Source: Dehalococcoidia bacterium
Lineage (GTDB): Bacteria > Chloroflexota > Dehalococcoidia > Lucifugimonadales > UBA3495
Direction of reading: 5' to 3'
Assembly (NCBI GenBank): GCA_965262595.1
Contig: OZ253548.1
Location: 951,645 to 1,015,644, forward strand
Length of the DNA stretch: 64,000 bases
The notes under the pieces were generated by a model. It made no database searches, was not told where the DNA came from, and saw only the letters and a program-made list of their open reading frames with translations. Below, in pieces: positions 40,444-53,527 of this stretch. A program made the position numbers and the translations under genes. Each line of letters starts with the position of its first letter. The stretch's first letter is position 1.

Positions 40444-43032
40444 ATGCCCACCACCGACGCCGTCGTCCTGCCCAGCAACGTCCGCCCCCGCCACTATCGG
40501 ATTACCCTACAGCCCGACCTGGACAAGTTCACCTTCGACGGGCTGGAACTCATTGACGTTGAGATTGCCGAAACCACCTCGGAGATTGTCCTCAACGCCG
40601 ATGAAATGCAAGTCCACACCGCCACCCTGGTCAAGGACGGCAGCAGCCAACGGGCCACTGCCATTACCCCGGACGGGAAACGGGAAACGGTCACTCTGTC
40701 CTTTGCCAACCCCATTGCTCCGGGGGCGGCTCAACTGGACCTGCGCTTTACCGGCGCGCTCAACGACAAGCTGCGCGGCTTTTACCGCAGCCAGTACGTC
40801 AACCCGGAGGGCGAGGTCAGCTACCTGGCTACCACCCAGTTTGAGGCCACCGACGCCCGCCGCGCCTTCCCCTGCTGGGATGAGCCGTCCTGCAAGGCCA
40901 CCTTCCAGTTGACCCTCAATATACCGACGCAAATGGTTGCCGTATCCAACACCCCTATCATTGACCAGGCCGGGTTGGACGCGGGTTACAAGTCCATTAT
41001 GTTCGCCCGGACTCCGGTTATGTCCACCTACCTGATGGCCTTTGTCATCGGCGACCTCACCTACATTGAGCAGGAGGCCGCCAACAACACCCGGGTCGGG
41101 GTTTGGACCACTCGGGGCAAGGAGGAACAAGGCCGTTTCGCCCTGGAAACCTCAGCGCGAATGCTGTCCTTCTTCAACGATTACTTCGGCATACCCTACC
41201 CCCTGGAGAAGCTGGACCATATTGCCATCCCCGACTTTGCCGCTGGAGCGATGGAAAACTGGGGCTGCATCACCTATCGGGAAACCGCTTTGCTGGTGGA
41301 CCCGGATAACTCCTCGGCGGGCACCCGGCAACGAGTAGCCGAGGTGGTGGCCCACGAAATGGCCCATATGTGGTTCGGCGACCTGGTCACTATGGAGTGG
41401 TGGGACGACCTGTGGCTCAACGAAAGTTTTGCCTCCTGGATGGGCACCAAGGCAGTGGATTGGGCCTTCCCGGAATGGCAGATGTGGACCCAGTTCGTCA
41501 ATATGGACACCAACCGGGCTTTGAGCCTGGACGGACTCAAGAACTCCCACCCCATTGAGCAGGAAGTTAAAGACCCGTCTGAAATAAGCCAGCTTTTTGA
41601 CGCCATCAGCTACAGTAAAGGCGCATCGGTTATCCGAATGCTGGAACAATTCTTGACCCCGGAGGTTTTTCAGCAGGGATTGCACCAATACCTCAACGCC
41701 AATCAATACGCCAACGCCCGTACCGAGCATCTTTGGGCGGCCCTGGAAGAAGCATCCCAACAGCCGGTAACTGCCATAATGGGCACCTGGACCGGGCAGA
41801 TGGGTTATCCGGTACTGCGGGTAGAAGCCCACGAATCCGGAGACCACCTGGAACTGGCGCTGTCGCAGGAGCGGTTTGTCTATGACAACCTGATGGGTGA
41901 GTCCGAGCCGGAGCAAATGGTGTGGCAGGTGCCGGTGGGCGTCGTCCAGAGTGGCAACGGTGAGGGCCAAATCCTGGTAATGGATAGTCCGCAAGCCCGG
42001 CTGCGCCTGGACCGACCGGCCGGCGCCGATGGGTGGTTTAAGGTAAACCCGCTGCAGACCGGTTTCTTCCGGGTGAACTACTCCGAGGCCGACTGGCAGC
42101 GCCTGATTCCGGCAATCAGCGCCCTGACCTTGCCCGCTACCGACCGGCTGGGCATCCAGAATGACGCCTACGCCCTTTCCAAGGCGGGCTTGCTGCCCGT
42201 AACCCAGTTCCTTGCCCTGGCCGAGGCCTACAAAAACGAGGACGACGCCTCAGTATGGAGCGACCTGGCCAGCAACCTGAGGGATATTGAACTGCTGGTG
42301 GCTGATGAACCGTATCACGAAAACTACCGCTCCTTTGCTCGTAACCTGTTCGGCCCGGCGGCCCGGCGCATCGGCTGGGAAGCCAGGGACGGAGAAGGAC
42401 ACCTGGACGCCTTGCTCCGCAGCACGGTGTTGAGCCAGGCCGGCAGCTACGGCGACCCGGAGTTTTTGAGCCAAGCCCGAGAACGGTTCGACGCCTACGT
42501 TAAGGACGCCTCCTCGCTCCATCCCGACCTGCGGGGGCTGGTATTCAGCCTGGCGGCCCAGGGCGGGGACGAGGAGACCTACAGCCGGCTGTGGGAGTTG
42601 GAAAGGAAGGCCGACCTGCAGGAGGAAAAGATTCGGCTGCTGCTGGCCCTGGGCCGGTTTACCCAGCCGGAACTCTTGCAGGAAACGCTGCGGCGCGCCC
42701 TCACCGACGACGTGCGCTCTCAGGACACCATCATGGTCATTACCGCGGTGGCCGCCAACCTGCGGGGACGGCAACCGGCCTGGCAGTTCGTCAAGGACAA
42801 TTGGGCCGAGTTTGACCGGCGCTACGGAGACGGCGGGTTTGGGTTGATGCGCCTGGTATCCATCTGCAGCAATTTCGTGGACGCTGATAAGCTGGCCGAG
42901 GTGGAAACCTTCTTCCAGGAACACCCGGCCCCGGCCGCAGAGCGCACCATCCGACAAGCCCTGGAACGCGTTCGGCTGAATGTCCGTTGGCTGGAGCTTA
43001 ACCGGGCGGAGCTGGCGGGGAGGTTTGGGTAA
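40444..43032 (+). CDS. pepN: Aminopeptidase N (M1 family)
   Basis: ATG at 40444 behind GGAGGA. GAMENWG exopeptidase motif, HEMAHMWFGDLVTMEWWDDLWLNESFA (HExxH-18-E zinc site). Confidence 0.92.
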   Translation: MPTTDAVVLPSNVRPRHYRITLQPDLDKFTFDGLELIDVEIAETTSEIVLNADEMQVHTATLVKDGSSQRATAITPDGKRETVTLSFANPIAPGAAQLDLRFTGALNDKLRGFYRSQYVNPEGEVSYLATTQFEATDARRAFPCWDEPSCKATFQLTLNIPTQMVAVSNTPIIDQAGLDAGYKSIMFARTPVMSTYLMAFVIGDLTYIEQEAANNTRVGVWTTRGKEEQGRFALETSARMLSFFNDYFGIPYPLEKLDHIAIPDFAAGAMENWGCITYRETALLVDPDNSSAGTRQRVAEVVAHEMAHMWFGDLVTMEWWDDLWLNESFASWMGTKAVDWAFPEWQMWTQFVNMDTNRALSLDGLKNSHPIEQEVKDPSEISQLFDAISYSKGASVIRMLEQFLTPEVFQQGLHQYLNANQYANARTEHLWAALEEASQQPVTAIMGTWTGQMGYPVLRVEAHESGDHLELALSQERFVYDNLMGESEPEQMVWQVPVGVVQSGNGEGQILVMDSPQARLRLDRPAGADGWFKVNPLQTGFFRVNYSEADWQRLIPAISALTLPATDRLGIQNDAYALSKAGLLPVTQFLALAEAYKNEDDASVWSDLASNLRDIELLVADEPYHENYRSFARNLFGPAARRIGWEARDGEGHLDALLRSTVLSQAGSYGDPEFLSQARERFDAYVKDASSLHPDLRGLVFSLAAQGGDEETYSRLWELERKADLQEEKIRLLLALGRFTQPELLQETLRRALTDDVRSQDTIMVITAVAANLRGRQPAWQFVKDNWAEFDRRYGDGGFGLMRLVSICSNFVDADKLAEVETFFQEHPAPAAERTIRQALERVRLNVRWLELNRAELAGRFG

Positions 43033-43088
43033 GGGCGGGTAGAGTCCGGGTTTAATCCACTAATGGACACGAATCAGCACGAAAGGAA

Positions 43089-43117
43089 AGGCCGCCGTCT
43101 TTAAGCGGCGGCGGCCT
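43089..43117. terminator. GC-rich hairpin between convergent pepN and the DUF262/HNH gene
   Basis: GCCGCCG-tctttaag-CGGCGGC. On the minus strand it is followed by TTTCCTTTC. Confidence 0.5.
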
Positions 43118-43143
43118 GTAGGTCGGCGGATACGGAAAGGTAA

Positions 43144-44514
43144 TCACGTTTCGTCCTTAGTACCTTTCCAAGAGTCGGCAAATTCTTGGGCTGCACTGCC
43201 TTTAGGATGGTGTTCCCGGCATACAACCACACCATTAGCCAAGTCAGTTTGTCCTCCTTGATAATGTTCTTTCACGTGATGGATTTCTAGGTCATTCCAA
43301 GCTACTTCCTCACCACCTACGGCACATTTCTTATCGTCCCTGAAGTAGATAATTTCCCGCTCCAGCGACCCAAATACACGCTTGGAGTCTTTAGCCTGGA
43401 GCGGCTGAAGGAAATCGCACATACGGTCAGCATAGAAGCCATGGCGCCGACGTATGCTATCGCCTTGATTTGCCATATTATATGTCCATTGACCATAGCG
43501 CGCCCAAAACTCATCCGGCTGAATCGAGGTTTTGGTTTTCGCACCGCTCGCTAGCGCGTAGGAAAACTTATCCACTGACTTGGAAAGTGTAGACTCCCAC
43601 GAGCGGGTGTAGTCATCCCATAGCGAATCTAGGAGAAGTACAAGATGGATGGCAATGTGTGCTCCCAATCGCGGGCGTTTACCGTCCCCCAGAAGGGCAT
43701 CCAGCTTGTCCAGAATCGCGATGAGACGTTTGCTGTCTCCAGAATCGGCATCGAAGTCGATATGGGTATAATAGAAAACATCTATCGACTGAGCGTCGAT
43801 ATTGGTGAAATGGTCTGGCCCAGCCTCGTGCCGGGTTAAATACAGCATCGCGATTTGTGCAGCCAGCGTACGAGTCTTCCCTCGGCCTTGCCCCGGGTTC
43901 ATTCTCATAACCCGTTGGAAAAAGGGATGGCCGGGGTATCTAGTTAGGGCAGGCTTACCACCAAGTTTTAGGATGAAATCGGTAAACCCTCCAGGATAAG
44001 CGTCTCGTTTTTCTTGGGGATTAAGCGGAAGTCCAGCTTGAAGTCGGACGAAAAGGTCTCTTACCTCATTTGCGTCATCGCTGGTAATCTTGGCAATGGG
44101 CAACTCGGTATTCATAAACTTGGATACGAGGTCATCCGTTAGCGACTGGAACGCCTTCCCGGCCCAGGGGCACGACTGTTCCTTCAGGAACTTGGGAAAA
44201 CGCGCCTGAGCGTCATCTTTGATGGGATCGAACAAAGAATATGTGCCTTCTGAAAACTCGTACAGAGCGTTAATCCGCTGCTGACCGTCAATAATCTCCA
44301 AGTCATCCCGTTGCATTCCGGCAACCGACTTCTGAATATGATGAAGGTATATGAGCGGTAGCGGATATCCCCGCATCACCGAGTCAATAAGTTTCTTCTT
44401 CTGGCTAGGAGTCCAAACAGCTCCTCTCTGGTACTCGGGGTTTGCTTTTAGCATTCCATTCCGGAATAGATCCAGAATGGCACTTACTGAAAGGTATTCC
44501 TGATTTATATCCAT
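43144..44514 (-). CDS. DUF262 (ParB-like nuclease/NTPase) + C-terminal HNH endonuclease, GmrSD-like type IV restriction-type defence protein
   Basis: I prefer the ATG at 44512-44514. PEYQRGAVW....KKKLIDSVMRGYPLP.IYL...LEIIDGQQR (DUF262 DGQQR motif). C-terminus: CAVGGEEV...LEIHHVKEHYQGGQTDLANGVVVCREHH (HNH). The gene is visibly lower in GC than its flanks. Confidence 0.75.
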   Translation of the reverse strand: MDINQEYLSVSAILDLFRNGMLKANPEYQRGAVWTPSQKKKLIDSVMRGYPLPLIYLHHIQKSVAGMQRDDLEIIDGQQRINALYEFSEGTYSLFDPIKDDAQARFPKFLKEQSCPWAGKAFQSLTDDLVSKFMNTELPIAKITSDDANEVRDLFVRLQAGLPLNPQEKRDAYPGGFTDFILKLGGKPALTRYPGHPFFQRVMRMNPGQGRGKTRTLAAQIAMLYLTRHEAGPDHFTNIDAQSIDVFYYTHIDFDADSGDSKRLIAILDKLDALLGDGKRPRLGAHIAIHLVLLLDSLWDDYTRSWESTLSKSVDKFSYALASGAKTKTSIQPDEFWARYGQWTYNMANQGDSIRRRHGFYADRMCDFLQPLQAKDSKRVFGSLEREIIYFRDDKKCAVGGEEVAWNDLEIHHVKEHYQGGQTDLANGVVVCREHHPKGSAAQEFADSWKGTKDET

Positions 44515-44682
44515 AATCCCATCCTGCTCACTGATACTGCAACGATAATAAGACCACGAACAATCAAACGTCAAACAATTTCCCACCCCTACCGCCCCAA
44601 CTTAATTTGACAGCCACCGCCCCAGCGGGTAGGCTTGAGTTTGAACCCCGTAGGCGGAATCCATTAGACTCTTATGTGATAT

Positions 44683-48216
<3,534 letters not shown>

Positions 48217-48382
48217 TCTGGCTAATCATGACCTGGCCGGCACGGCGGGTGAGTGCCGGTCGGCTTGAAAACCCCTGACAGATTACGCCAATAGATCACA
48301 CCGATAGAATACGCCGCCAGCAAACCGTGGGCCTTTTACCGTTCCCGGATTAAGCTCACGGGTGAAGGTAAGAGGAAAGACG

Positions 48383-50014
48383 ATGCAGCCAATCAGCAAA
48401 ATCGCAGAAGACCTGGGTATATCTGCCGACCATCTGACTCCCTACGGCCATTACAAAGCCAAGATTTCCCTGGACGCTTTACAGGGCGGACGGGAGCATC
48501 CGGGGAAGCTGATTGTAGTTACCGGCATGACCCCCACTCCCGCCGGCGAAGGCAAAACCACCACCGCGGTCGGTTTAACCCAGGGGCTGGGCCGGCTGGG
48601 ACACAAGGCGGTGGTCACCTTGCGAGAACCGACTCTTGGACCGATCTTCGGTATCAAGGGTGGCGGAACCGGCGGCGGAAAAGCCCGGGTGCTGCCCGAG
48701 GACGAGATAAACATCCACTTTACGGGCGACGCCCACGCGGTGGCTTCGGCTCACAACCTGTTGGCCGCCCTGGTGGATAATGCGGTTTACCGAGGGCAGA
48801 TTCCCGACTTCGACCCCACCGGAATCCAGTGGTCACGCGTGACCGACGCCTCGGACCGGGCCTTAAGAAGCCTTATCGCCGGAGTGGGGGGCAGCAACAA
48901 CAGCCCGCTTCGCGAGTCTCGGTTCGACATAGTGTCCGCCTCCGAAATTATGGCTATCCTGGCCCTGTCCGACGACCTGGAGGACTTGCGCCGCCGCTTG
49001 TCCCGAATGGTGGTGGGAACCACCCGCGGCGGGGAACCGGTGACTGTGGAAAAGCTGGGAGTAGTCGGCGCGTTGTTGACCCTATTGCGCCACACGATTA
49101 TGCCAAACATCGTGCAGACCGGCGAGGGCCAACCGGCGCTAATCCACGCCGGGCCTTTCGGGAACATCGCCCACGGCTGCAACTCAATCATCGCAGACCG
49201 AATAGCCTTGGCCTACGCCGACTACGTGGTGACCGAAGCCGGTTTTGGGTCTGACCTGGGCTTTGAAAAGTTTATGCATATTAAAGCGCGGCAGAGCGGG
49301 CTTTTGCCCCATGCCGTAGTTCTGGTAGCCTCGGTTCGCGCCTTGAAATGGCACGGCGGTATTCCTCGCCGCGAATTGGAGCAACCTAACCCCGGCGCCG
49401 TAAAGATCGGAGGCCCTAACCTGGCCCACCACGTGAAAATTGTCCGCAGCTTTGGGGTCCCGGTGGTTGTGGCAATCAACCGCTTTGACACCGATAGCCC
49501 CGAAGAGTTGGCGGCGGTGCGCGAGATTGCTGCGGAAGCCGGAGCCAATGACGCGGTAGCAGCCGACGGTTTTGCCCAGGGTGGAGCCGGTATGACCGAC
49601 TTGGCCGAAGCGCTGACCAAAGTGGCCGCCGCCCCCACTGACGTAACCTACGCCTATCCGGAGGATGCGTCCGCCGAGGATAAGGTGCTGGCCCTGGCCC
49701 AAAAGATTTACGGCGCCGACGCAGTAAGTTGGACGGTTGAAGCCAGGCGTCAACTGCGGCGATTTGAAAGCCAGGGATGGGGACACCTTCCTATATGCAT
49801 GGCCAAGACCCACTTATCCACTTCCCACGACCCGACTCGGCGGGGAAGCCCTTCCGGTTATGTTTTCCCCATCACCGACATACGAGCTTCGGTGGGAGCC
49901 GGGTTTCTTTATGCGCTGGCCGGGCGTATCGAGACATTGCCTGGGCTACCGTCTCGTCCCCTGGCCCAAGACATGGACGTTACATCCACCGGGGAGATTG
50001 TCGGCCTGGGGTAA
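48383..50014 (+). CDS. fhs: Formate--tetrahydrofolate ligase
   Basis: ATG at 48383 behind AGAGGAAAG. ...VTGMTPTPAGEGKTTT..GL...LREPSLGP.FGIKGGA-type motifs. Confidence 0.95.
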   Translation: MQPISKIAEDLGISADHLTPYGHYKAKISLDALQGGREHPGKLIVVTGMTPTPAGEGKTTTAVGLTQGLGRLGHKAVVTLREPTLGPIFGIKGGGTGGGKARVLPEDEINIHFTGDAHAVASAHNLLAALVDNAVYRGQIPDFDPTGIQWSRVTDASDRALRSLIAGVGGSNNSPLRESRFDIVSASEIMAILALSDDLEDLRRRLSRMVVGTTRGGEPVTVEKLGVVGALLTLLRHTIMPNIVQTGEGQPALIHAGPFGNIAHGCNSIIADRIALAYADYVVTEAGFGSDLGFEKFMHIKARQSGLLPHAVVLVASVRALKWHGGIPRRELEQPNPGAVKIGGPNLAHHVKIVRSFGVPVVVAINRFDTDSPEELAAVREIAAEAGANDAVAADGFAQGGAGMTDLAEALTKVAAAPTDVTYAYPEDASAEDKVLALAQKIYGADAVSWTVEARRQLRRFESQGWGHLPICMAKTHLSTSHDPTRRGSPSGYVFPITDIRASVGAGFLYALAGRIETLPGLPSRPLAQDMDVTSTGEIVGLG

Positions 50015-50150
50015 GGCCTCTTGGACCGGCCCTTTTGTCAGCCGCCCACCCCTGGTCATTTCCCGGGTCCATCTCGTCGAGCTGTTCCTGAACTGGAACC
50101 GGTGAATTCCCGCGGTCTATTGAAACCGGCGATATCCGGAAGGATTCAAC

Positions 50151-50206
50151 TTGACACCTTGCTGTCTTTCTTGTACCATTACGTGTAATCGGTAATTACA
50201 TTACAC
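50151..50206 (+). promoter_or_regulatory. Promoter plus ATTAC/GTAAT operator array upstream of the RHH gene
   Basis: TTGACA (50151-50156), 17 nt, TACCAT (50174-50179), then ATTAC-GT-GTAAT-CG-GTAATTAC-ATTAC (50178-50204). Confidence 0.5.
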
Positions 50207-50212
50207 AAAAGG

Positions 50213-50599
50213 ATGGTAGCGATGGAAGACAATGAAGTAGGAAGGCGGGAAAAGGTAATCAGGGATGTAGGTCGCACCGTAACCGATGCCGTAATTCGTG
50301 GCGCCGACGCTGCGGAGTCCGTTGCCGAAAACTTGAAGGAAACTATCAAGAGTAAAACGTCGGGAGACCGCCAAAACCGAGACAACGTGGTAATGGTCCG
50401 AGTGGACAAGGAAAGTCTGACCCGCATGGATGAACTGGTAGAAGCGGAACTGGCCGGCAGCCGATCTGAAGCGGCGGCCCGCCTCATTACCGAGGGCATC
50501 AAAGCACGACAAGGTCTTTTTGACGCCATATCCACCAAGGTGGAGGAAATTCGAAGGGCGAAGGAAGACCTCAAGAAGCTGCTGGAAGAAGAAAAGTAA
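50213..50599 (+). CDS. Ribbon-helix-helix (CopG/Arc-like) DNA-binding protein with charged N- and C-terminal extensions
   Basis: 128 aa (or a start at ATG 50222). VVMVRVDKESLTRMDELVEAELAGSRSEAAARLITEGI has the strand-helix-turn-helix pattern of an RHH. Confidence 0.65.
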   Translation: MVAMEDNEVGRREKVIRDVGRTVTDAVIRGADAAESVAENLKETIKSKTSGDRQNRDNVVMVRVDKESLTRMDELVEAELAGSRSEAAARLITEGIKARQGLFDAISTKVEEIRRAKEDLKKLLEEEK

Positions 50600-50692
50600 A
50601 GGAGAGAGTGAGACCTCTCATTCAACTGCCAATGTTTTGACAAGCATAACGGAAACAAGCAATACTAAATCTGGGACACAGCACAGAGGAGT

Positions 50693-51175
50693 ATGGATAT
50701 GTCCAGAGGTTTTGGTTCAGGCGGTTTCAAGGGCGGAGGCGCATCACGCGGAGGTTCCGGTTCCCGAAGCGCAGGAGGATCACGAGGAGGTTCGGGAAGC
50801 AGCGGATCGAGTTGGTCTCGCGGCAGTCCGAGTAGAGGAAGTGCAGAAAAACACGGTTCTGGCGGAAAGAGCACCGCCAACCCAAAAGGCCAGGTCCGGG
50901 ATGGTAAGGCCGTCCAGTATTCGATTAAGGATCAAAAGGGGAGTACGAAGTACATTGGCACTACCAACAATCCAACCCGACGGGCCTCCGAACATCGGGA
51001 AAGTGGCAAGCTTGGTCGTGGGGACAAACTCGTGGTCGAAACCAGGCCCGTAACCCGTACCTCTGCCGAAAAAGTGGAGAAAGCGAAGCTCTCCTCCCAT
51101 CGGCAACAACACGGGAAGAACCCAAAGGATAACACCACGAACGATGGAAAGTTCCACCAACCAAAGCTATTCTAG
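50693..51175 (+). CDS. GIY-YIG-type nuclease-domain protein with an N-terminal Gly/Ser/Arg-rich (RGG-like) low-complexity region
   Basis: 160 aa (or a start at ATG 50699). About 65 aa of GSGGFKGGGASRGGSGSRSAGGSRGGSGSS..., then VQYSIKDQKGSTKYIGTTNNPTRRASEHRESGKL...VEKAKL with GIY-YIG-like spacing. Confidence 0.55.
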   Translation: MDMSRGFGSGGFKGGGASRGGSGSRSAGGSRGGSGSSGSSWSRGSPSRGSAEKHGSGGKSTANPKGQVRDGKAVQYSIKDQKGSTKYIGTTNNPTRRASEHRESGKLGRGDKLVVETRPVTRTSAEKVEKAKLSSHRQQHGKNPKDNTTNDGKFHQPKLF

Positions 51176-51539
51176 TTGATCTCTTTTCGGTTTTACTCCA
51201 ACCGGAAATGGCTCATCATCGAATGATTCCCCTGCCGGTAAGGGTAATGGATTGGCACCTATGCCGGGTGGCGGAACAGGGTAAGAAGGGCTACAGTGAA
51301 TCTAACCAAGAACTGAGGGAGACTCGGTACAGGAACGGCAGCGTTAACGTCCAAGTTTACATTAGCGCCAATGAAGAACTCTTCCCCTGCCGGCGCGGCG
51401 TGACCCGATGACGCCTAAAGAAAACCAACTTAACAATAACCGCAATATCGCCCCAAACCGCTACTAAAGAGAGTTAATCGGTGCTGAAATTAAGATTGCC
51501 TTTCGGTACTCTTCGTGGCCCCGCCAGCGACGGGGCTGG

Positions 51540-52199
51540 GTGCTTAATGCGCATTGTCATGATTCATGCCCTTGCCGAGTCGGCCCCCCGGTCTGGGTTG
51601 CTTTCAAGGAAGTGTTCCCCGAAGCAGAGGTAATCAACCTGCTTGATGAGGGCTTGTTTATTGATTTTGCCGGGCAGATTACGCCCACATTGCGCCGCCG
51701 GATGAGCCAACTTATCTGTTATTGCGAGGAGTATGGCGCAGATGCCATCGGGCTGGCCTGCTCGGTTTTCGCCCCGGTGGTAGAAACGGCGCGCGACCTG
51801 GTGGATATCCCGGTCGTGTCCTCTTTCAGCCCAGTGATGGAAGAAGCAGTCCGGCAAGGCAGCCGCATCGGCATCATCGCCTCCGTCCCGGCGACGCTCA
51901 GGGACTCCGACTTCTATCTGCACCGAACCGCAGCCGAGTATGGTCGGTCTATTGAAACCGAACTCTGCCTGGCCGGGGAACTGATTCCCTTGTTGCGAAC
52001 TCAGGGAGAAGCGGCGTTCCGAACGCGGTTGGAGGAGCTGGTCAATGAGCTGACGCCCAAGGTGGATGCGGTGCTGTTGGGCCAGTTCTCGATGTCCACA
52101 GCCCTGACCCGACTGCAAGCAATCTGCCCGGTGCCGGTGCTTTCCGGGCCGCACAGCAGCGCCAGGAAACTCAAGGAACTAATGTCAGTGTCCGTCTGA
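51540..52199 (+). CDS. Asp/Glu/hydantoin racemase family protein (N-terminus probably frame-shifted)
   Basis: AEVINLLDEGL...DAIGLACSVF...RIGIIASVP...VDAVLLGQFSM are family motifs. The family-typical N-terminus MRIVMIHALAESAP is encoded from ATG 51547 in another frame, joining at a C6 run (51584-51589). Confidence 0.65.
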   Translation: MLNAHCHDSCPCRVGPPVWVAFKEVFPEAEVINLLDEGLFIDFAGQITPTLRRRMSQLICYCEEYGADAIGLACSVFAPVVETARDLVDIPVVSSFSPVMEEAVRQGSRIGIIASVPATLRDSDFYLHRTAAEYGRSIETELCLAGELIPLLRTQGEAAFRTRLEELVNELTPKVDAVLLGQFSMSTALTRLQAICPVPVLSGPHSSARKLKELMSVSV

Positions 52200-52339
52200 C
52201 CGGGTCTGAACAACTCCGCAGCCGCTCAACGGAGACAACAATGCTCTGCCATTGTAAAACTAACCCAACCGCGACCCAATCAGGGCCGGAACGGTTGGGC
52301 AATTTGGCGGTCGGCGCTCTGTACCAACGATTTGACGGC

Positions 52340-53443
52340 CTAGTTATGACACCCGCGAGCCTGGATGTCCCAAACCGCCTCCACCACGCCGTTCCTCACT
52401 CCGACGAAGCGGTCCCAGCGGCTGACCATGGCGTCCTGCTGGCCCGGAATCAGTTGAACCTGATCCCCAATCTCCAACTCCACCCCGGCATCCAGACGGA
52501 ATACTATGCGGTCGGCATCCATTTCCGCCGCGGTGACGCCGGGTCGATTCTCCACTCGCGGCAGACCCTTGAGTCCGCCGACGGCCCGGGCGCCCGCATC
52601 CCCGACCGCCGAATCCTGTCGGGGCCTACTAATAATCGTGGTTAACACCTTGCCGGCGAATTGAAAATCGGACATATAGTCGTAACCGGTCTCCATTACC
52701 AGGTAGGTTCCGCCCTGAATTTCGGTTACACCGGGTATCTCACCGGCCACGTCATAGCTCCAGGTTTCGCCGGTTGAGACTATTTCCACCGGCACACCGG
52801 CGGCAATAATGGCGTCCTTAAGGTCCAGCACCGGCTGAATCAAGCGGTGGGCCTCGGTAACCCGGTCTTCCCGGTCGGAAGAGGGTTCGGCCATCATCTG
52901 GTGACTCATAACTCCCTTAAAAGTGAGGCCGGGGAGCGAGTCAATCAACCGGGCCAGGGCGACTCCGGGCTCCAATTCTTGAACGCCGCAGCGGACCAAT
53001 CCGGTTTCCTGCTCAATCACAACCCCCAGATTAACGCCCAGAGCCGACGCCGAACGGGAGAGGTCGCGGGCGTTTTCCGCATCGTCGCAGGCCACCAGCA
53101 TTTCCGCCTGACGGGCCAGGGTACACAGGCGCTCGATTTTCAGCGGCGAAACTATTTCGCTGGTGATGAAAACGCTGGGGATCCCGCCGTGAACCATTAC
53201 CTCCGCCTCAGCTACTTTGGCGGCGCAGACTCCGCCGACGGTGCCACCCCTTCGGATTTGCCGCAGCGCCAACGCCGGGGTTTTATGGTTCTTGCTGTGA
53301 CCCCGCAACTTGCTGCTTTGGCCCTCATAATAGTCCGCGATTACGCCCATGTTACGGTCCAGAGCATCCAAATCGAGAATCAGGCAGGGCGTATCCAGGT
53401 CTTCCAGCGGAGTTCCAGGTTGCGGACGATAGATTTGGTGCAT
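52340..53443 (-). CDS. DSD1/D-TA family PLP enzyme (alanine-racemase-fold D-serine dehydratase / D-threonine aldolase type)
   Basis: 367 aa. DTPCLILDLDALDRNM...LRGHSKNHKTPALA..Q...G..GV..AKV.EAE (PLP-Lys context), plus the C-terminal D-serine-dehydratase-like domain. Confidence 0.75.
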   Translation of the reverse strand: MHQIYRPQPGTPLEDLDTPCLILDLDALDRNMGVIADYYEGQSSKLRGHSKNHKTPALALRQIRRGGTVGGVCAAKVAEAEVMVHGGIPSVFITSEIVSPLKIERLCTLARQAEMLVACDDAENARDLSRSASALGVNLGVVIEQETGLVRCGVQELEPGVALARLIDSLPGLTFKGVMSHQMMAEPSSDREDRVTEAHRLIQPVLDLKDAIIAAGVPVEIVSTGETWSYDVAGEIPGVTEIQGGTYLVMETGYDYMSDFQFAGKVLTTIISRPRQDSAVGDAGARAVGGLKGLPRVENRPGVTAAEMDADRIVFRLDAGVELEIGDQVQLIPGQQDAMVSRWDRFVGVRNGVVEAVWDIQARGCHN

Positions 53444-53527
53444 TTCAAATCCTCCCCAAAAGGCAATGTTTACTTATCGCTAAGGACGCCCGGACACCGG
53501 AATGCAAGCTGCCCTGACCGCCCGGAT

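Noticed and set aside
41152-41994. 280-aa minus-strand ORF
   Set aside because: It is antisense to pepN (the zinc-site region of M1 aminopeptidase lies on the + strand).
51208-51411. 67-aa ORF and surrounding 360 nt between the GIY-YIG gene and the racemase gene
   Set aside because: No RBS and an unfamiliar sequence. I also looked for cobalamin or other riboswitch boxes here and found none. The GCCCCG...CGGGGC hairpin at about 51517-51537 is the only structure.
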